Positions 31,268 to 41,164 of a DNA stretch of 64,000 nt are shown here, piece after piece (the first letter of the stretch is position 1; every line of letters begins with the position of its first letter). Source of the stretch: a virus. Lineage: Duplodnaviria > Caudoviricetes. Location of the stretch: positions 32,001-96,000 of the IMG/VR virus record IMGVR_UViG_3300021431_004509. One strand, given 5' to 3'. A program made the position numbers and the translations under genes. The notes beneath the pieces are model-generated. The model was not told the origin of the DNA and did no database searches. It saw nothing but the letters and a program-made list of their open reading frames with translations.

Positions 31268-32998
31268 TAGGTAATTCAATAATTATCATGTACACCACCG
31301 AAACTCGGTGGTGTTTTTAATTGCTATCATTCTTTTTCCATACCTCCTTTCTTTCTCATCGGGGCGGGTTTTCCATCCGCCCCACATGGCACCATGTACA
31401 AGCCTCCACGCGGCGGTGCTGGATAATCAACCGATTGTACAATAGGATGACGCCCGGCCAGGCTCCGTATGGACATGGGCAATAGCCGCCATGGCCGGGG
31501 CATCCGACAAAAAAAGGGGTTATGCGTGGAACGATATGTCGTACATGGTATCAAAGAATACCGTAGTTTTCGGCGGACATGAAACGTGGTTAAAGGCCAT
31601 AAGGCTGGAATTGTCCGGGAAAATAAGGTATGTGGGACGCGAGGAATCGTTTAACACTCTGATTATCAGGAACGCAGAGGTTATCTGGATTCAGCCGAAT
31701 GCCATCGCTCACAAGCAGTATTACAAAATAATAAACGTATCCAGAAGATACGGGAAACCTGTGCGGTATTTCAAAAATGCAAGTGCTTCTATCTGTATCA
31801 AACAGATAAAGGAAGCAGACGGCGGAAACGCATAAAGGGGGATTCTTATGGGAGATAATTGGGGTTTGCATCGGTGGTATTACAGCAAGACCACCGGGGA
31901 AATCGTCAAGACCATCGGCGAGGTTATCCGCCACGCGGCGTTTAACCTGTTCAAGTTCCGGTTGCTGGATTTTCGCTGGGCCGTTATCTGGCTCAATCAG
32001 TGAGGGAAATCTATGACGGAATTTGACGCAGCAAATCTAAAGAACGGCGACGTGATCGAGTATCACGGAAACGTATGCAGGGTTCTCCGTGTGTACAAGA
32101 ATCCTGTTCTCGTTGAGTGCCAGACCATAGACCGGGAATTTCCGCACTGGCATTTGGTTCGCCCCGGCGGGTGCAGGAAAATCACGCAGTAGGAGGGAAA
32201 TATGGTTGGGATTTGCCTTGCCAAAAAGGCAAGTATCACTTATACGCACGGGGAAATCGGGAACGAGGAAACCGCGCACATCAATCAGTGTTCAATTACC
32301 TTGCCGCGTCCGTTTTACAAGGTCGAGGCATGGGGCGAGACTTTTTATGATGTCTTTATGCCCGAAGTAGAAAGATGGGTCGGGTTTACCGCGCAGGATT
32401 TCGACGAGGAATTTCTCGTCGTCCAGTTCGATGACGGGGTTATTATCCCGCACACAAAACGGAGGCACCGGAAAAGGAGCTAAGCATGGAAATCTGTTTT
32501 CAGAACAGGAAAACAGGTGAGGAAATCACCTACCACGATGCTGTCGGGTATTTCAAAGCGGCAGACAATGACGGCCCGGTTATTCAGGCAGTTTTTGAGG
32601 ACGGGGAAACGGCAACCTTCCATCAGTCCGAGTGGGACTGCTTCGTTCGTGAATGGAGGGAAATTAAGTAACCCATGTACGTCAGGAAAACGCGAGATCG
32701 CTGGGATATTATGACCAACTGGGGATACGGTTGGGAATGTGAGTACAGCGCGTACTCATACGGCGAGGCTCGCAGCATCCTCAAGGATTACCGCGAGAAC
32801 TCCTGCGGCAGGTTTTCTGTGCGCATGGAAAAGCACCGTGAAAGGATCGTATAGGTATGCGGAAGAAATACGTCTACAAGCTTCTGAAGATCCGCGACGG
32901 GGAAACATGGCCGAAGGGGTCTGTTATCTGGGCTTTGCAGCCGTGTAAGGGCTGGAGAGTGATCGGGAAATCCCCTATTTAACGGAGGTAATAATCCG

Positions 32999-33235
32999 AT
33001 GAATGTCTACTATGTTTTCGGGGATTTCGATAACTCCGGGTTTGCAAGATCTGTAAACGCCTATGTTATTGCTTCCTGCAAGGAGGATGCAATCGCGTTT
33101 TTCAAGAAGCGGTTTACGAACGGTTTGACTGTTATCAACAGAATGGCCGCGTATCAGCTGATGGAGGTAAAAGCAGGCTTGATATTCGGCATCGGGGAAT
33201 CCGAGAATTTGTTCATCATCGAGCCCGGGAAATAA
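32999..33235 (+). CDS. Small hypothetical protein
   Basis: GGAGG RBS. Confidence 0.6.
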   Translation: MNVYYVFGDFDNSGFARSVNAYVIASCKEDAIAFFKKRFTNGLTVINRMAAYQLMEVKAGLIFGIGESENLFIIEPGK

Positions 33236-33257
33236 AACTTACTTTGGTGGTGAGTCA

Positions 33258-33764
33258 ATGAATATCAAGTGTAAATGCGGCAGCACTCCACGGGTTTCCT
33301 ACGGGGACCCGCAGAATCTTTCGATCGTCACCATTGTCTGCCCGTCTTGCGGGCGAAAGTCATTCGGTTTTACAGAGGAAACCGCGCTGTCGCGGTGGAA
33401 AAACGCAAGGCCGGAAATCCAAAAGGATTATTACGGCACCGACGACAAGAAAACCAAGGAGCGGTTTATTCGGGATTTCATCGAGTATTGCAGAGATATG
33501 AAGCGCCGCGCAAAAGAGGACGGTCGCGGAATGCCGATGCATATCAACAAGTTTGTCGGGATTCTCGGCGAGTTTTGGCAGTTTCAGATCTCAGCAACGG
33601 AGGACACTGTCTGGACGGAAGCTCATCTGATCCATTTCGATCATAGTAAGAACCCGCCGATTGATCAGACTACCCATTATCCCAAAACAAAATGGGGCAG
33701 TTCTTATTCACGCTGGGATTCCGAGCTTCGGGAATTTCTCAACCGGGAAATCAACAAGAAATAA
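33258..33764 (+). CDS. Zn-ribbon (Lar-like N-terminus) protein
   Basis: CKCG...CPSCG...W. Confidence 0.55.
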   Translation: MNIKCKCGSTPRVSYGDPQNLSIVTIVCPSCGRKSFGFTEETALSRWKNARPEIQKDYYGTDDKKTKERFIRDFIEYCRDMKRRAKEDGRGMPMHINKFVGILGEFWQFQISATEDTVWTEAHLIHFDHSKNPPIDQTTHYPKTKWGSSYSRWDSELREFLNREINKK

Positions 33765-34772
33765 AACTAACCTTTGGTGAGGAAGAAAATGCTCAAACTT
33801 TTTATTGTCTCTGTTCAAGTTGACAACGGCATGGAACGCTTTGGGTGGTATGGATTTGTCTTTGAGGAATCATTGGAAATGGCTGTAAACCGTGTAAAAG
33901 AAAAGTTTGACGGGGATTACGTCGATATCCTGTGTGCCGCCGAAGCTACTCCAACAGCAGGAATGATTCTGCATACATAAAACCAATCTTTGGTGAGGAT
34001 GTGATCCAATGGGAAAATACGACACTTGTCCGGTATGCGGCCATCTGTCCGTTGATTTCACCGGAGACAACGTAGATCTGGACGGCGCGATTCTTGTCTC
34101 TGCGGAATGCTGGGTTTGCGGTGCATCATGGATGCAGCGTTACGTCTACGCTGGTGATGAGGCGATCGAACGCGTCGAGGAATAAAACTCAGCTTTGATA
34201 GCACCCGGTAAATCCGGGTGCTTTTCATATCCCCGCAAGGGCTTAACGGCGGTTCGACTCCGCTGGCGGGGCTTATTAAACGGAAAGGAGATCACGCTAT
34301 GCTTCGGGTAGTCTTCCTTGTCATCGAATCAGGGGTTCGCGTCGAAAAGGTTTTTGACTCCGAGTATCTCTGCAGGAAATTCGTAAACAAGCTGCGGCAC
34401 TCCAAGCGCTGCAAGCTGATTTCCTATCCGTCGTTTTCCTAATTAACATATGAGGAGGTAATTCAATGTCCGAGAGCAGGGAAAAGAAGCAGCGGTATTA
34501 CGACCGCATGGAGTATTTCAGAAAGTTCCAGATCTGGCTCAGCGAGGAGCCGCCCCGCTGGAAGATCTTCAGCTACCGCCGCTGGATTGCGGCGATGCCC
34601 GATTACGCCGGGGTCTTCTAGCCAGGAATTTAAGCAGGAGGGCAAAGCAAGATGACGCCTACCGATTTGACTATCGTAACCTGCGCCATCATCACGCTTT
34701 TGTCGTTCTTCGTGGAGGGTGCGTTTATCGCCGCCCTTATCAAAGACCGCGAAGGAAGGCGAGGTGATCCAG

Positions 34773-35378
34773 ATGTATGGTAACGCTGAGATATATGTTT
34801 ATCCGGTGGAACTGTGGAAATACGCCATAACGCACAGGACTTTAATCGCAAATAATCACGTCGTAATCGCTGAGGATTCCAAGCGCGGCATTGAAATCAC
34901 GGCCGAAACCGACGAAAAGGGTACGGTTTTGGTTTGCGTGTACATGTCTGGGAATCGTGTTTATTCGGAACCCGTTATCTCCGATGCCGATTGTGTCAGA
35001 ACGCTCGGCAGGATCTATTCCAAGTATTTCGTTATCGAGGATTCGACAAATGTCGATGCGGAAAACGAAGACGAAGAAGATGACGAGGAGGATGAGGATG
35101 AGGACAACGATATTCCCATAAGCGATGATGACGACGAGGACGATGAAACAATCGTCGAGTTCAGAAAAATGGAGCTTGAAAATGCTTTCACGGATTTCAT
35201 CGAGGCTGTCTTATATGACGATGCAAATGAAATCGGGGATAAGGATTTTCTCGAAATGCTCAATGATGTTCTTGACGTTATTTCTCTGTATAGTCCTGTA
35301 TACGCTCCAAGAATCATTGACGGGGTTCTTGAGGAGTACCCATACAATCCGGAAATCGATCCGGAAGACACCAAGTAA
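34773..35378 (+). CDS. Highly acidic protein
   Basis: GAGGTG RBS; long D/E tract. Confidence 0.7.
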   Translation: MYGNAEIYVYPVELWKYAITHRTLIANNHVVIAEDSKRGIEITAETDEKGTVLVCVYMSGNRVYSEPVISDADCVRTLGRIYSKYFVIEDSTNVDAENEDEEDDEEDEDEDNDIPISDDDDEDDETIVEFRKMELENAFTDFIEAVLYDDANEIGDKDFLEMLNDVLDVISLYSPVYAPRIIDGVLEEYPYNPEIDPEDTK

Positions 35379-35428
35379 TCTACACGGGTGAACCCGGTAG
35401 AAATATAAGTAAAAAAGGAGAAAAACAC

Positions 35429-35827
35429 ATGGCAAAAATCACGATCGTCGGCGACGCAGTTGTCGTCACCTCCACCCTCAAGTTCGAGGACATCAAGCTC
35501 GTCCAGAAGGTCCGCCCCAAGGCGCTGACCGTCTATGGCGAGGAGGATGGAAAGAAGGTTCCTGTCTTCGGCATCTGCACTGCTGACGGCAAGGGCCACA
35601 TCAGCGAGTCCGGGATTTCCTTCGGCGGCGCTACCCGCGACGGCGAGGGCCTGGCTCAGATCACCATGGGCGTGCCTTCCAAGGAGGGCAGCGTCAAGGA
35701 GCTGGTCGCGGATGCGATCGGCGGCGCCGTCATGCAGCTGAACAAGCTGGAGGCCACCCTTCCCGCCGTGATCGAGGAGATCAAGGCTGAGAAGACCGCG
35801 ATGCTGGACAGCATCGTTCTGGCCTGA
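35429..35827 (+). CDS. Hypothetical protein upstream of Ubl gene
   Basis: Strong RBS and codon bias. Confidence 0.8.
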   Translation: MAKITIVGDAVVVTSTLKFEDIKLVQKVRPKALTVYGEEDGKKVPVFGICTADGKGHISESGISFGGATRDGEGLAQITMGVPSKEGSVKELVADAIGGAVMQLNKLEATLPAVIEEIKAEKTAMLDSIVLA

Positions 35828-35924
35828 TCCTCCGGCGGGCCGGGGTTCCCGGCCCGCCGCACTACCCACATCAAAATCACAAAACAAAAACCATCAAAAA
35901 AAAAGAGTAAAAGGAGAATAAAAA

Positions 35925-36155
35925 ATGATCAAAGTCTATGTCGGTAACAACGTCGATCGCTGGCCCGTTCTCTGCGATCCCAACACCACCCTCCGTGCTA
36001 TCCTTGAGCAGGAGAAAATCGACTATTCCCGCGCTTCCATGCACCTGGACGGCGCCACCCTGCAGCCCGGCGACCTGGACAAGACCTTCGCCGAGCTCGG
36101 CATCAAGAGCCAGTGCTTCCTGCTCTCCGTGCAGAAGCTGGACAACGCGCGCTAA
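35925..36155 (+). CDS. Ubiquitin-like (beta-grasp) protein
   Basis: 76 aa; ubiquitin-like pattern (IKVYV..TTLRAIL..LDG..L..LDKTFAELGI..LLSV); operon with E2/JAB/E1. Confidence 0.75.
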   Translation: MIKVYVGNNVDRWPVLCDPNTTLRAILEQEKIDYSRASMHLDGATLQPGDLDKTFAELGIKSQCFLLSVQKLDNAR

Positions 36156-36163
36156 GTAACGCC

Positions 36164-36192
36164 AACTCCCCCGGAAATTCCGGGGGAGTTTT
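36164..36192 (+). terminator. Hairpin plus T tract after Ubl
   Basis: AACTCCCCCGGAA/TTCCGGGGGAGTT. Confidence 0.7.
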
Positions 36193-36196
36193 ATAT

Positions 36197-36288
36197 CCCG
36201 AAGTGGCGGAACGGTTAGACGCAGGGCACTTTCAGCCCGGCCAGAGTGCGCGCCTGGCGTCCTGGTTCGAATCCAGGCTTCGGGGCCA
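36197..36288 (+). tRNA. Atypical class II (Ser/Leu-like) tRNA with shortened anticodon arm
   Basis: CCCGAAG/CTTCGGG acceptor, G73-CCA, GGTTCGAATCC T arm, long variable arm; anticodon arm GGGC-ACTTTCA-GCCC. Confidence 0.7.
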
Positions 36289-36323
36289 CGATAAATAAAA
36301 AATAAGTTGAGGTGAGGGAATAA

Positions 36324-37772
36324 ATGTTTAACACACGCGTCATGGATACGGCTTTCACCACGGAGGCCGCCAATGCGTTCTTCAGCGAGAAGATCTCTGG
36401 CGTATCGTACGACGGAGACTTGTCTCTGCTCTCCACGCTCAGGGCATTGCTCCTTAACCGTATGGGAAAAGACGATTCCCTGTATGCATCGTTTTCCTCC
36501 TGGGCGATGAGCTCGCAGCGGCAGGGGAACTATACCAATGAGCAGCTGCTCGACAGCATCAGAAGCAGGTTCACGCCGAATGACAACGAGTTCCGCGTGT
36601 GCTCCTTTAATTCTGAGGATCGCGAAGGGAATGACAAGCTCTATGAGCTGACCAATTCCTACTTTGCGCAGCCCGGAAACGGGTGGGTAAAGCTCGATGC
36701 CATCACGAAATTCTGCAAAAAGAAGTTCGATGTCCTCTGCTTTATCAACGAGCGGAAAAAGTCCACGATCTTCGTCCTGAAGGAGCTGACACTCCGCAAG
36801 CTCCACTACATCCAGGTCGCTGCGCTCACGGCAATGCCCTGGTATTTCAATGTTACCGGCGGCGACAAGGTCAGTGAGAAAGAGATCGCGCTTCTGAACG
36901 CCATCTGCGAGGATACCGCTGACGGGTATCTGAGAGCTCTCGAAGACATCGCTGCGGATTTCGATTTCGAAACCGAGTTCGTCCGCAACAGTCTCTCCAG
37001 AATCGAGACCGCGTACGAGCGTGAGAGAGTCGGTGATGTCCGGCGCGAGATCGAGAATCTCATGGAAAAAATCAACGAGTATCAGGTGTACATCAATACC
37101 TACCTGCGCTCCATGAACGACAAGAACGCAGAGCTCCTCGGCCTGGAAACGAAGATCAACAACGGCGACGGGGAATCCGTCCTCAGCGAGTACTTCCTGT
37201 GCAACAAGCATTTGAAGCTCGACCGCGTCTCCGGCACGGAAATCTACTTCCATGTCAACGACTACCTCACATACTACGATGAGGACATGGCGCAGAACTT
37301 TATTGATTCTGCCAGGAGCGTTATCTACACCAATATTCCTGCCGATAAACGTGAGGATGCCAAGCGTCTGGCGACGGCGGTTTTTGTCGACGGTACGGTC
37401 AAGATCCGTATGTGCGCCGCATATATGCTGGATATCCGCGGCGGATTTGACGGCTGCACTTCGTATGATTTCCACGGGGACGACAGCAGCAGAATCCCCA
37501 ATACGCATATCAATGCGTACCGCTGCCTCGGCAACTACATTTCGACGATCAATGAGCGGATGAAGAGCCGCGATTTCATCGGGGTTCTGGAGCAGATGAT
37601 GGCGTCTGCGAAGAGTATGAACTTCGCTGACGGCGTCGTGATCAGCAGGTTTTTCAGAGACCTTTACAACGGTGTTGGCGGCAAGTGCTTTGAGCTTGCG
37701 GACGGCACCACAATGAATCTGGAAGAGGTGTTTGCCTATCTCGAAAAGGAGGAAGAAAAGAAAGATGAGTAA
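36324..37772 (+). CDS. Coiled-coil protein with C-terminal prokaryotic E2-like domain
   Basis: PNTHINAYRCLG resembles the E2 catalytic Cys motif; between Ubl and JAB. Confidence 0.6.
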   Translation: MFNTRVMDTAFTTEAANAFFSEKISGVSYDGDLSLLSTLRALLLNRMGKDDSLYASFSSWAMSSQRQGNYTNEQLLDSIRSRFTPNDNEFRVCSFNSEDREGNDKLYELTNSYFAQPGNGWVKLDAITKFCKKKFDVLCFINERKKSTIFVLKELTLRKLHYIQVAALTAMPWYFNVTGGDKVSEKEIALLNAICEDTADGYLRALEDIAADFDFETEFVRNSLSRIETAYERERVGDVRREIENLMEKINEYQVYINTYLRSMNDKNAELLGLETKINNGDGESVLSEYFLCNKHLKLDRVSGTEIYFHVNDYLTYYDEDMAQNFIDSARSVIYTNIPADKREDAKRLATAVFVDGTVKIRMCAAYMLDIRGGFDGCTSYDFHGDDSSRIPNTHINAYRCLGNYISTINERMKSRDFIGVLEQMMASAKSMNFADGVVISRFFRDLYNGVGGKCFELADGTTMNLEEVFAYLEKEEEKKDE

Positions 37773-38760
37773 GATCATCCGCTTCACGCCCGAGCTTGTG
37801 GAGGAGATGCGCCGGGAGTTTGAGGAATCTCTCCTGAATGCGAAGCTGGTCAACGGCAGGTTCAGCTTTGTGAAGTCCTTCAACAGCTCCGCGGAAAAGG
37901 CGACGCTCACCTTTACGGAGCAGTCCTATCTCAAGATGCAGGCGTTGATCGATGCGATCGACAAGGAGGTCGCCTGGCACTGTGTCGCCGAACGCTGCGA
38001 GGAAAACAAGTACCGCATCTCGGATATCCTGGTCTATCCCCAGACCGTCAGCGGCGCAACCGTTGATATGGATACCAAGGAATACGCCAAGTGGATCGAG
38101 CAGGGGATTATCTCCGGCGACGAACGCTTTGATCATCTCTACGCCCAGGGGCATTCCCATGTAAATATGGCGGTGTCCCCGTCCACCACAGACCTCGATC
38201 ATCAGGCTGAGATCCTGAAGATGGTCCGCGACAACGGGTTCTATATCTTTATGATATGGAACAAAAAGAACGACCACAATATCTGGATCTACGACATGGC
38301 GAAGAATACCGTGTTCGAAAATTCCGATATCAAGGTCGAGGTCGAGGAGGAGGAAAACGGTCTCACCAAGTTCCTGCGTGAGGCGAAGCCCATGGTAAAG
38401 AACATGGCTTACACCACTCCGACATATGCAGGCGGCTATGGCGGCGGTTACGGCGGTTACGGCGGCTATGGCGGCTACGGCGGCGGTTATGGGAACTATG
38501 GCAGCGGGTACGGCGGGTATTCCGGCGGGAGGTATTCCGGCGGCGCCGCCTCGCAGCAGTCCAAGAAGGATCAGCCGCCCGCAACCAAGAGCATTGTCCC
38601 CGTTACAAAGAACGAGCCCAAGGGTGCTGTCCCGCCAAGAAATACGGCGGCTCAGAAGCCGAGGGTGACAGCCGTCGTCAACAGAGATACCGATGATGAC
38701 GATGACGACGATCCGTCTTCTCCGTTTTACGTGAACGATCATTATTACGGACTGGACTGA
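37765..38760 (+). CDS. JAB/JAMM metalloprotease with GGY-rich tail
   Basis: E...HSHVNMAVSPSTTD matches HxH-x7-S-x2-D. Confidence 0.85.
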   Translation: MSKIIRFTPELVEEMRREFEESLLNAKLVNGRFSFVKSFNSSAEKATLTFTEQSYLKMQALIDAIDKEVAWHCVAERCEENKYRISDILVYPQTVSGATVDMDTKEYAKWIEQGIISGDERFDHLYAQGHSHVNMAVSPSTTDLDHQAEILKMVRDNGFYIFMIWNKKNDHNIWIYDMAKNTVFENSDIKVEVEEEENGLTKFLREAKPMVKNMAYTTPTYAGGYGGGYGGYGGYGGYGGGYGNYGSGYGGYSGGRYSGGAASQQSKKDQPPATKSIVPVTKNEPKGAVPPRNTAAQKPRVTAVVNRDTDDDDDDDPSSPFYVNDHYYGLD

Positions 38761-38773
38761 AGGGAGGTATAAC

Positions 38774-39445
38774 ATGGATCTTTCGAAAAGCTATGACTAC
38801 TTTCAGCCGGAAAAAGACGAGTCCCGCCTCCACATCGTAGGATGCGGTTCCGTCGGATCAACTCTTGCTGAGAACCTGGCCAGATGCGGGCTGAAGAACT
38901 TCACCTTGTGGGATTTTGACAAGGTGGAACGGCACAACATCGTCAATCAGATGTTCCGCTCCGAAGATGTCGGCCGTCTGAAGGTCGACGCGCTCAAGGA
39001 TATTCTGGTCGAAATCAACCCGGAATGTGAGGACAGCGTCCAGACCAGACCCAAGGGCTGGCAGGGAAAAATGATGTCCGGCTACATCTTCCTGTGTGTG
39101 GATAACATCGAGCTCCGCCGGAAGATCGTGGAACAGCATATGGACAATACATTCGTGAAAGCTGTCTACGATTTCCGCACCGGCCTTGAATCCGCCCAGC
39201 ACTACGCCGCCGACTGGAGCAACGAGAAGATGCGTAAGGATCTTCTGAACTCCATGCAGTTCTCACATGAGGAGGCGGCGGAATCCGCCCCGGTTTCCGC
39301 CTGTGGTGTAACGCTCGGCCTTTGCCCGGTGGTTCGCCTGATCTGCGCTTACGGGACGGCAAATCACATCAACTTCGTAAACGGCAAGGGGCTGAAGAAG
39401 ATGGTCATGGCCGACGTGTTCCGCATGGACACGATGGCATTCTGA
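38774..39445 (+). CDS. ThiF/E1-like adenylating enzyme
   Basis: GCGSVG, DFDKVERHNIVNQ, K, CVDN...R motifs; SACG Cys. Confidence 0.9.
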   Translation: MDLSKSYDYFQPEKDESRLHIVGCGSVGSTLAENLARCGLKNFTLWDFDKVERHNIVNQMFRSEDVGRLKVDALKDILVEINPECEDSVQTRPKGWQGKMMSGYIFLCVDNIELRRKIVEQHMDNTFVKAVYDFRTGLESAQHYAADWSNEKMRKDLLNSMQFSHEEAAESAPVSACGVTLGLCPVVRLICAYGTANHINFVNGKGLKKMVMADVFRMDTMAF

Positions 39446-39653
39446 TGAATCAAATCCCCAGCGGTCAGGCCAACCGACCGGTGCAAATTGACAGCACCCT
39501 GGGGCTTTGAGATAGACATGAGGCGCCAACACAAACATTTAATAAATTGTTGCCGCCGGAAGAGAAAAACATACGCGGCAAAGAAATTAAAGTTGTCGCG
39601 GGAGCAGGATTTGTTTTCCAGAAATAGTTGGTTTTGATCCCTGACAATTATTA

Positions 39654-39960
39654 GCTGTAACGTATACCATTCACCACCTTGAATGGACTCCTCGCTGTTA
39701 GTGGGAGTAACACTTTGACCGAGCATGAGAAGGCAGGCACCAGGCTGCGCCCGGCCGGCTTACCGAGTTGGATGCCGCTATAACAAACTAGTTCGCAAAA
39801 GTCAAGAGGGTAATCCTCGCTTTTGCACGAACATCTCACGAGTCGTTCACATTTCGCCAACCAGAACACCAAAAGTTGAACTGATTCGTTCATCTCGAAC
39901 AATTCATCGCCTTCAGACTGCAGGTATCCAGGACATCCAAAGTCCAGAGTTGGTTACAGC
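39654..39960 (+). ncRNA. Retron-like msr-msd ncRNA unit 1
   Basis: GCTGTAAC/GTTACAGC closing stem, G39662, hairpins CCATTCA/TGAATGG and ACTCC-T-CGCT-GTT-AGTG-GGAGT; directly upstream of RT. Confidence 0.8.
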
Positions 39961-39983
39961 AACACGAAAGAAAGGAGAAAAAC

Positions 39984-41153
39984 ATGTACTATGTCGCGGT
40001 GAAAGCTCCGCCGAGATATCACCAGATGACTCTGGAAGAGCTTTTGTACGGAACAAGTCGTGACATGCTGGTCACGAAGAACGAAACCAACACAAGAACA
40101 TACGAGATGGAAACGGTCAGTGAGAAGTTCCTCCGCGGGTTTTATGTCGAGCCGATGATCCGTATGCTTGAGAAGTTCAACGAGTCTACGGCAGAACTCC
40201 GCAGCGTCAACCGCAGGGATCTGTATCATTCGTTCTTTATTCCGAAGAAGAACGGCGGCAAGCGGCATATCGACGCTCCGCGTCCGGAATTGATGGACGC
40301 GCTCCGCAGACTGAAAACGATGTTTGAGGTCGCGTTTTACCCGATCAATCGCGAGACTTCTGTCCAGACCACCTATTATCACACGTCGGCGTTTGCGTAT
40401 ATCGCCGGTAGATGTACCATCGACGCCGTAAAGCGACATCAGGCAAACGAAAGCCGCTGGTTTGGCAAGCTGGACTTTTCAAACTTCTTTGGCACGACCA
40501 CGCTCGACTTCGCTATGAGGATGCTGTCGATGGTTTTCCCGTTCTGCGAAATCTGCCGGACAGACCACGGTCGAGAGGAACTTCGCAAGGCGGTTGAGCT
40601 TGGTTTTCTGGATGGTGTTCTCCCGCAGGGGACGCCGCTGTCACCGCTCCTTACGAACATCATCATGCTCCCCATCGACTTCCGGCTTTCCGGCAAACTT
40701 CGTGACGTAGACGGCAACAGCTTTGTGTATACTCGCTACGCAGACGACATGCTGATTTCCTCCAGATACAATTTCAATATCCGGCAGATTGAAGATGTCG
40801 TCCTCAGCGTCCTGTCCGATTTCGACGCACCGTACCGCCTGAACAGGGAGAAGACAAGATACGGGTCTTCTGCCGGTTCTAACTGGAATCTCGGCGTGAT
40901 GCTGAACAAGGACAACAAGATCACCGTCGGGTATAAGAACAAACAGCGCTTTCAGGCAATGCTCGCAACCTATGCGGTCGACCATAACAACGGAGTCCGC
41001 TGGGACTACGGGGATCTGATGCACATGGAGGGGCTTCGCAGCTATTACCGATCCGTCGAGGGCGACACGATTGACAGGATCGTAAAGCACGTCGGCGATA
41101 AATTTCACCTGGATATCGTGTCGGCAATCAAGCAAGATCTCAGGCCCGCCTAA
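39984..41153 (+). CDS. Retron-type reverse transcriptase
   Basis: IPKKNGGKR, HTSAFAY, DAVKRH (NAxxH-like), LDFSNFF, LPQGTPLSP, YTRYADD, NLG (VTG-like); no maturase or endonuclease domain. Confidence 0.92.
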   Translation: MYYVAVKAPPRYHQMTLEELLYGTSRDMLVTKNETNTRTYEMETVSEKFLRGFYVEPMIRMLEKFNESTAELRSVNRRDLYHSFFIPKKNGGKRHIDAPRPELMDALRRLKTMFEVAFYPINRETSVQTTYYHTSAFAYIAGRCTIDAVKRHQANESRWFGKLDFSNFFGTTTLDFAMRMLSMVFPFCEICRTDHGREELRKAVELGFLDGVLPQGTPLSPLLTNIIMLPIDFRLSGKLRDVDGNSFVYTRYADDMLISSRYNFNIRQIEDVVLSVLSDFDAPYRLNREKTRYGSSAGSNWNLGVMLNKDNKITVGYKNKQRFQAMLATYAVDHNNGVRWDYGDLMHMEGLRSYYRSVEGDTIDRIVKHVGDKFHLDIVSAIKQDLRPA

Positions 41154-41164
41154 AGCAGCGGGCC

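Noticed and set aside
36197-36288. Selenocysteine or opal-suppressor tRNA
   Set aside because: TCA is not centred in a pairable loop, the acceptor stem is 7 bp, and no in-frame TGA recoding is evident
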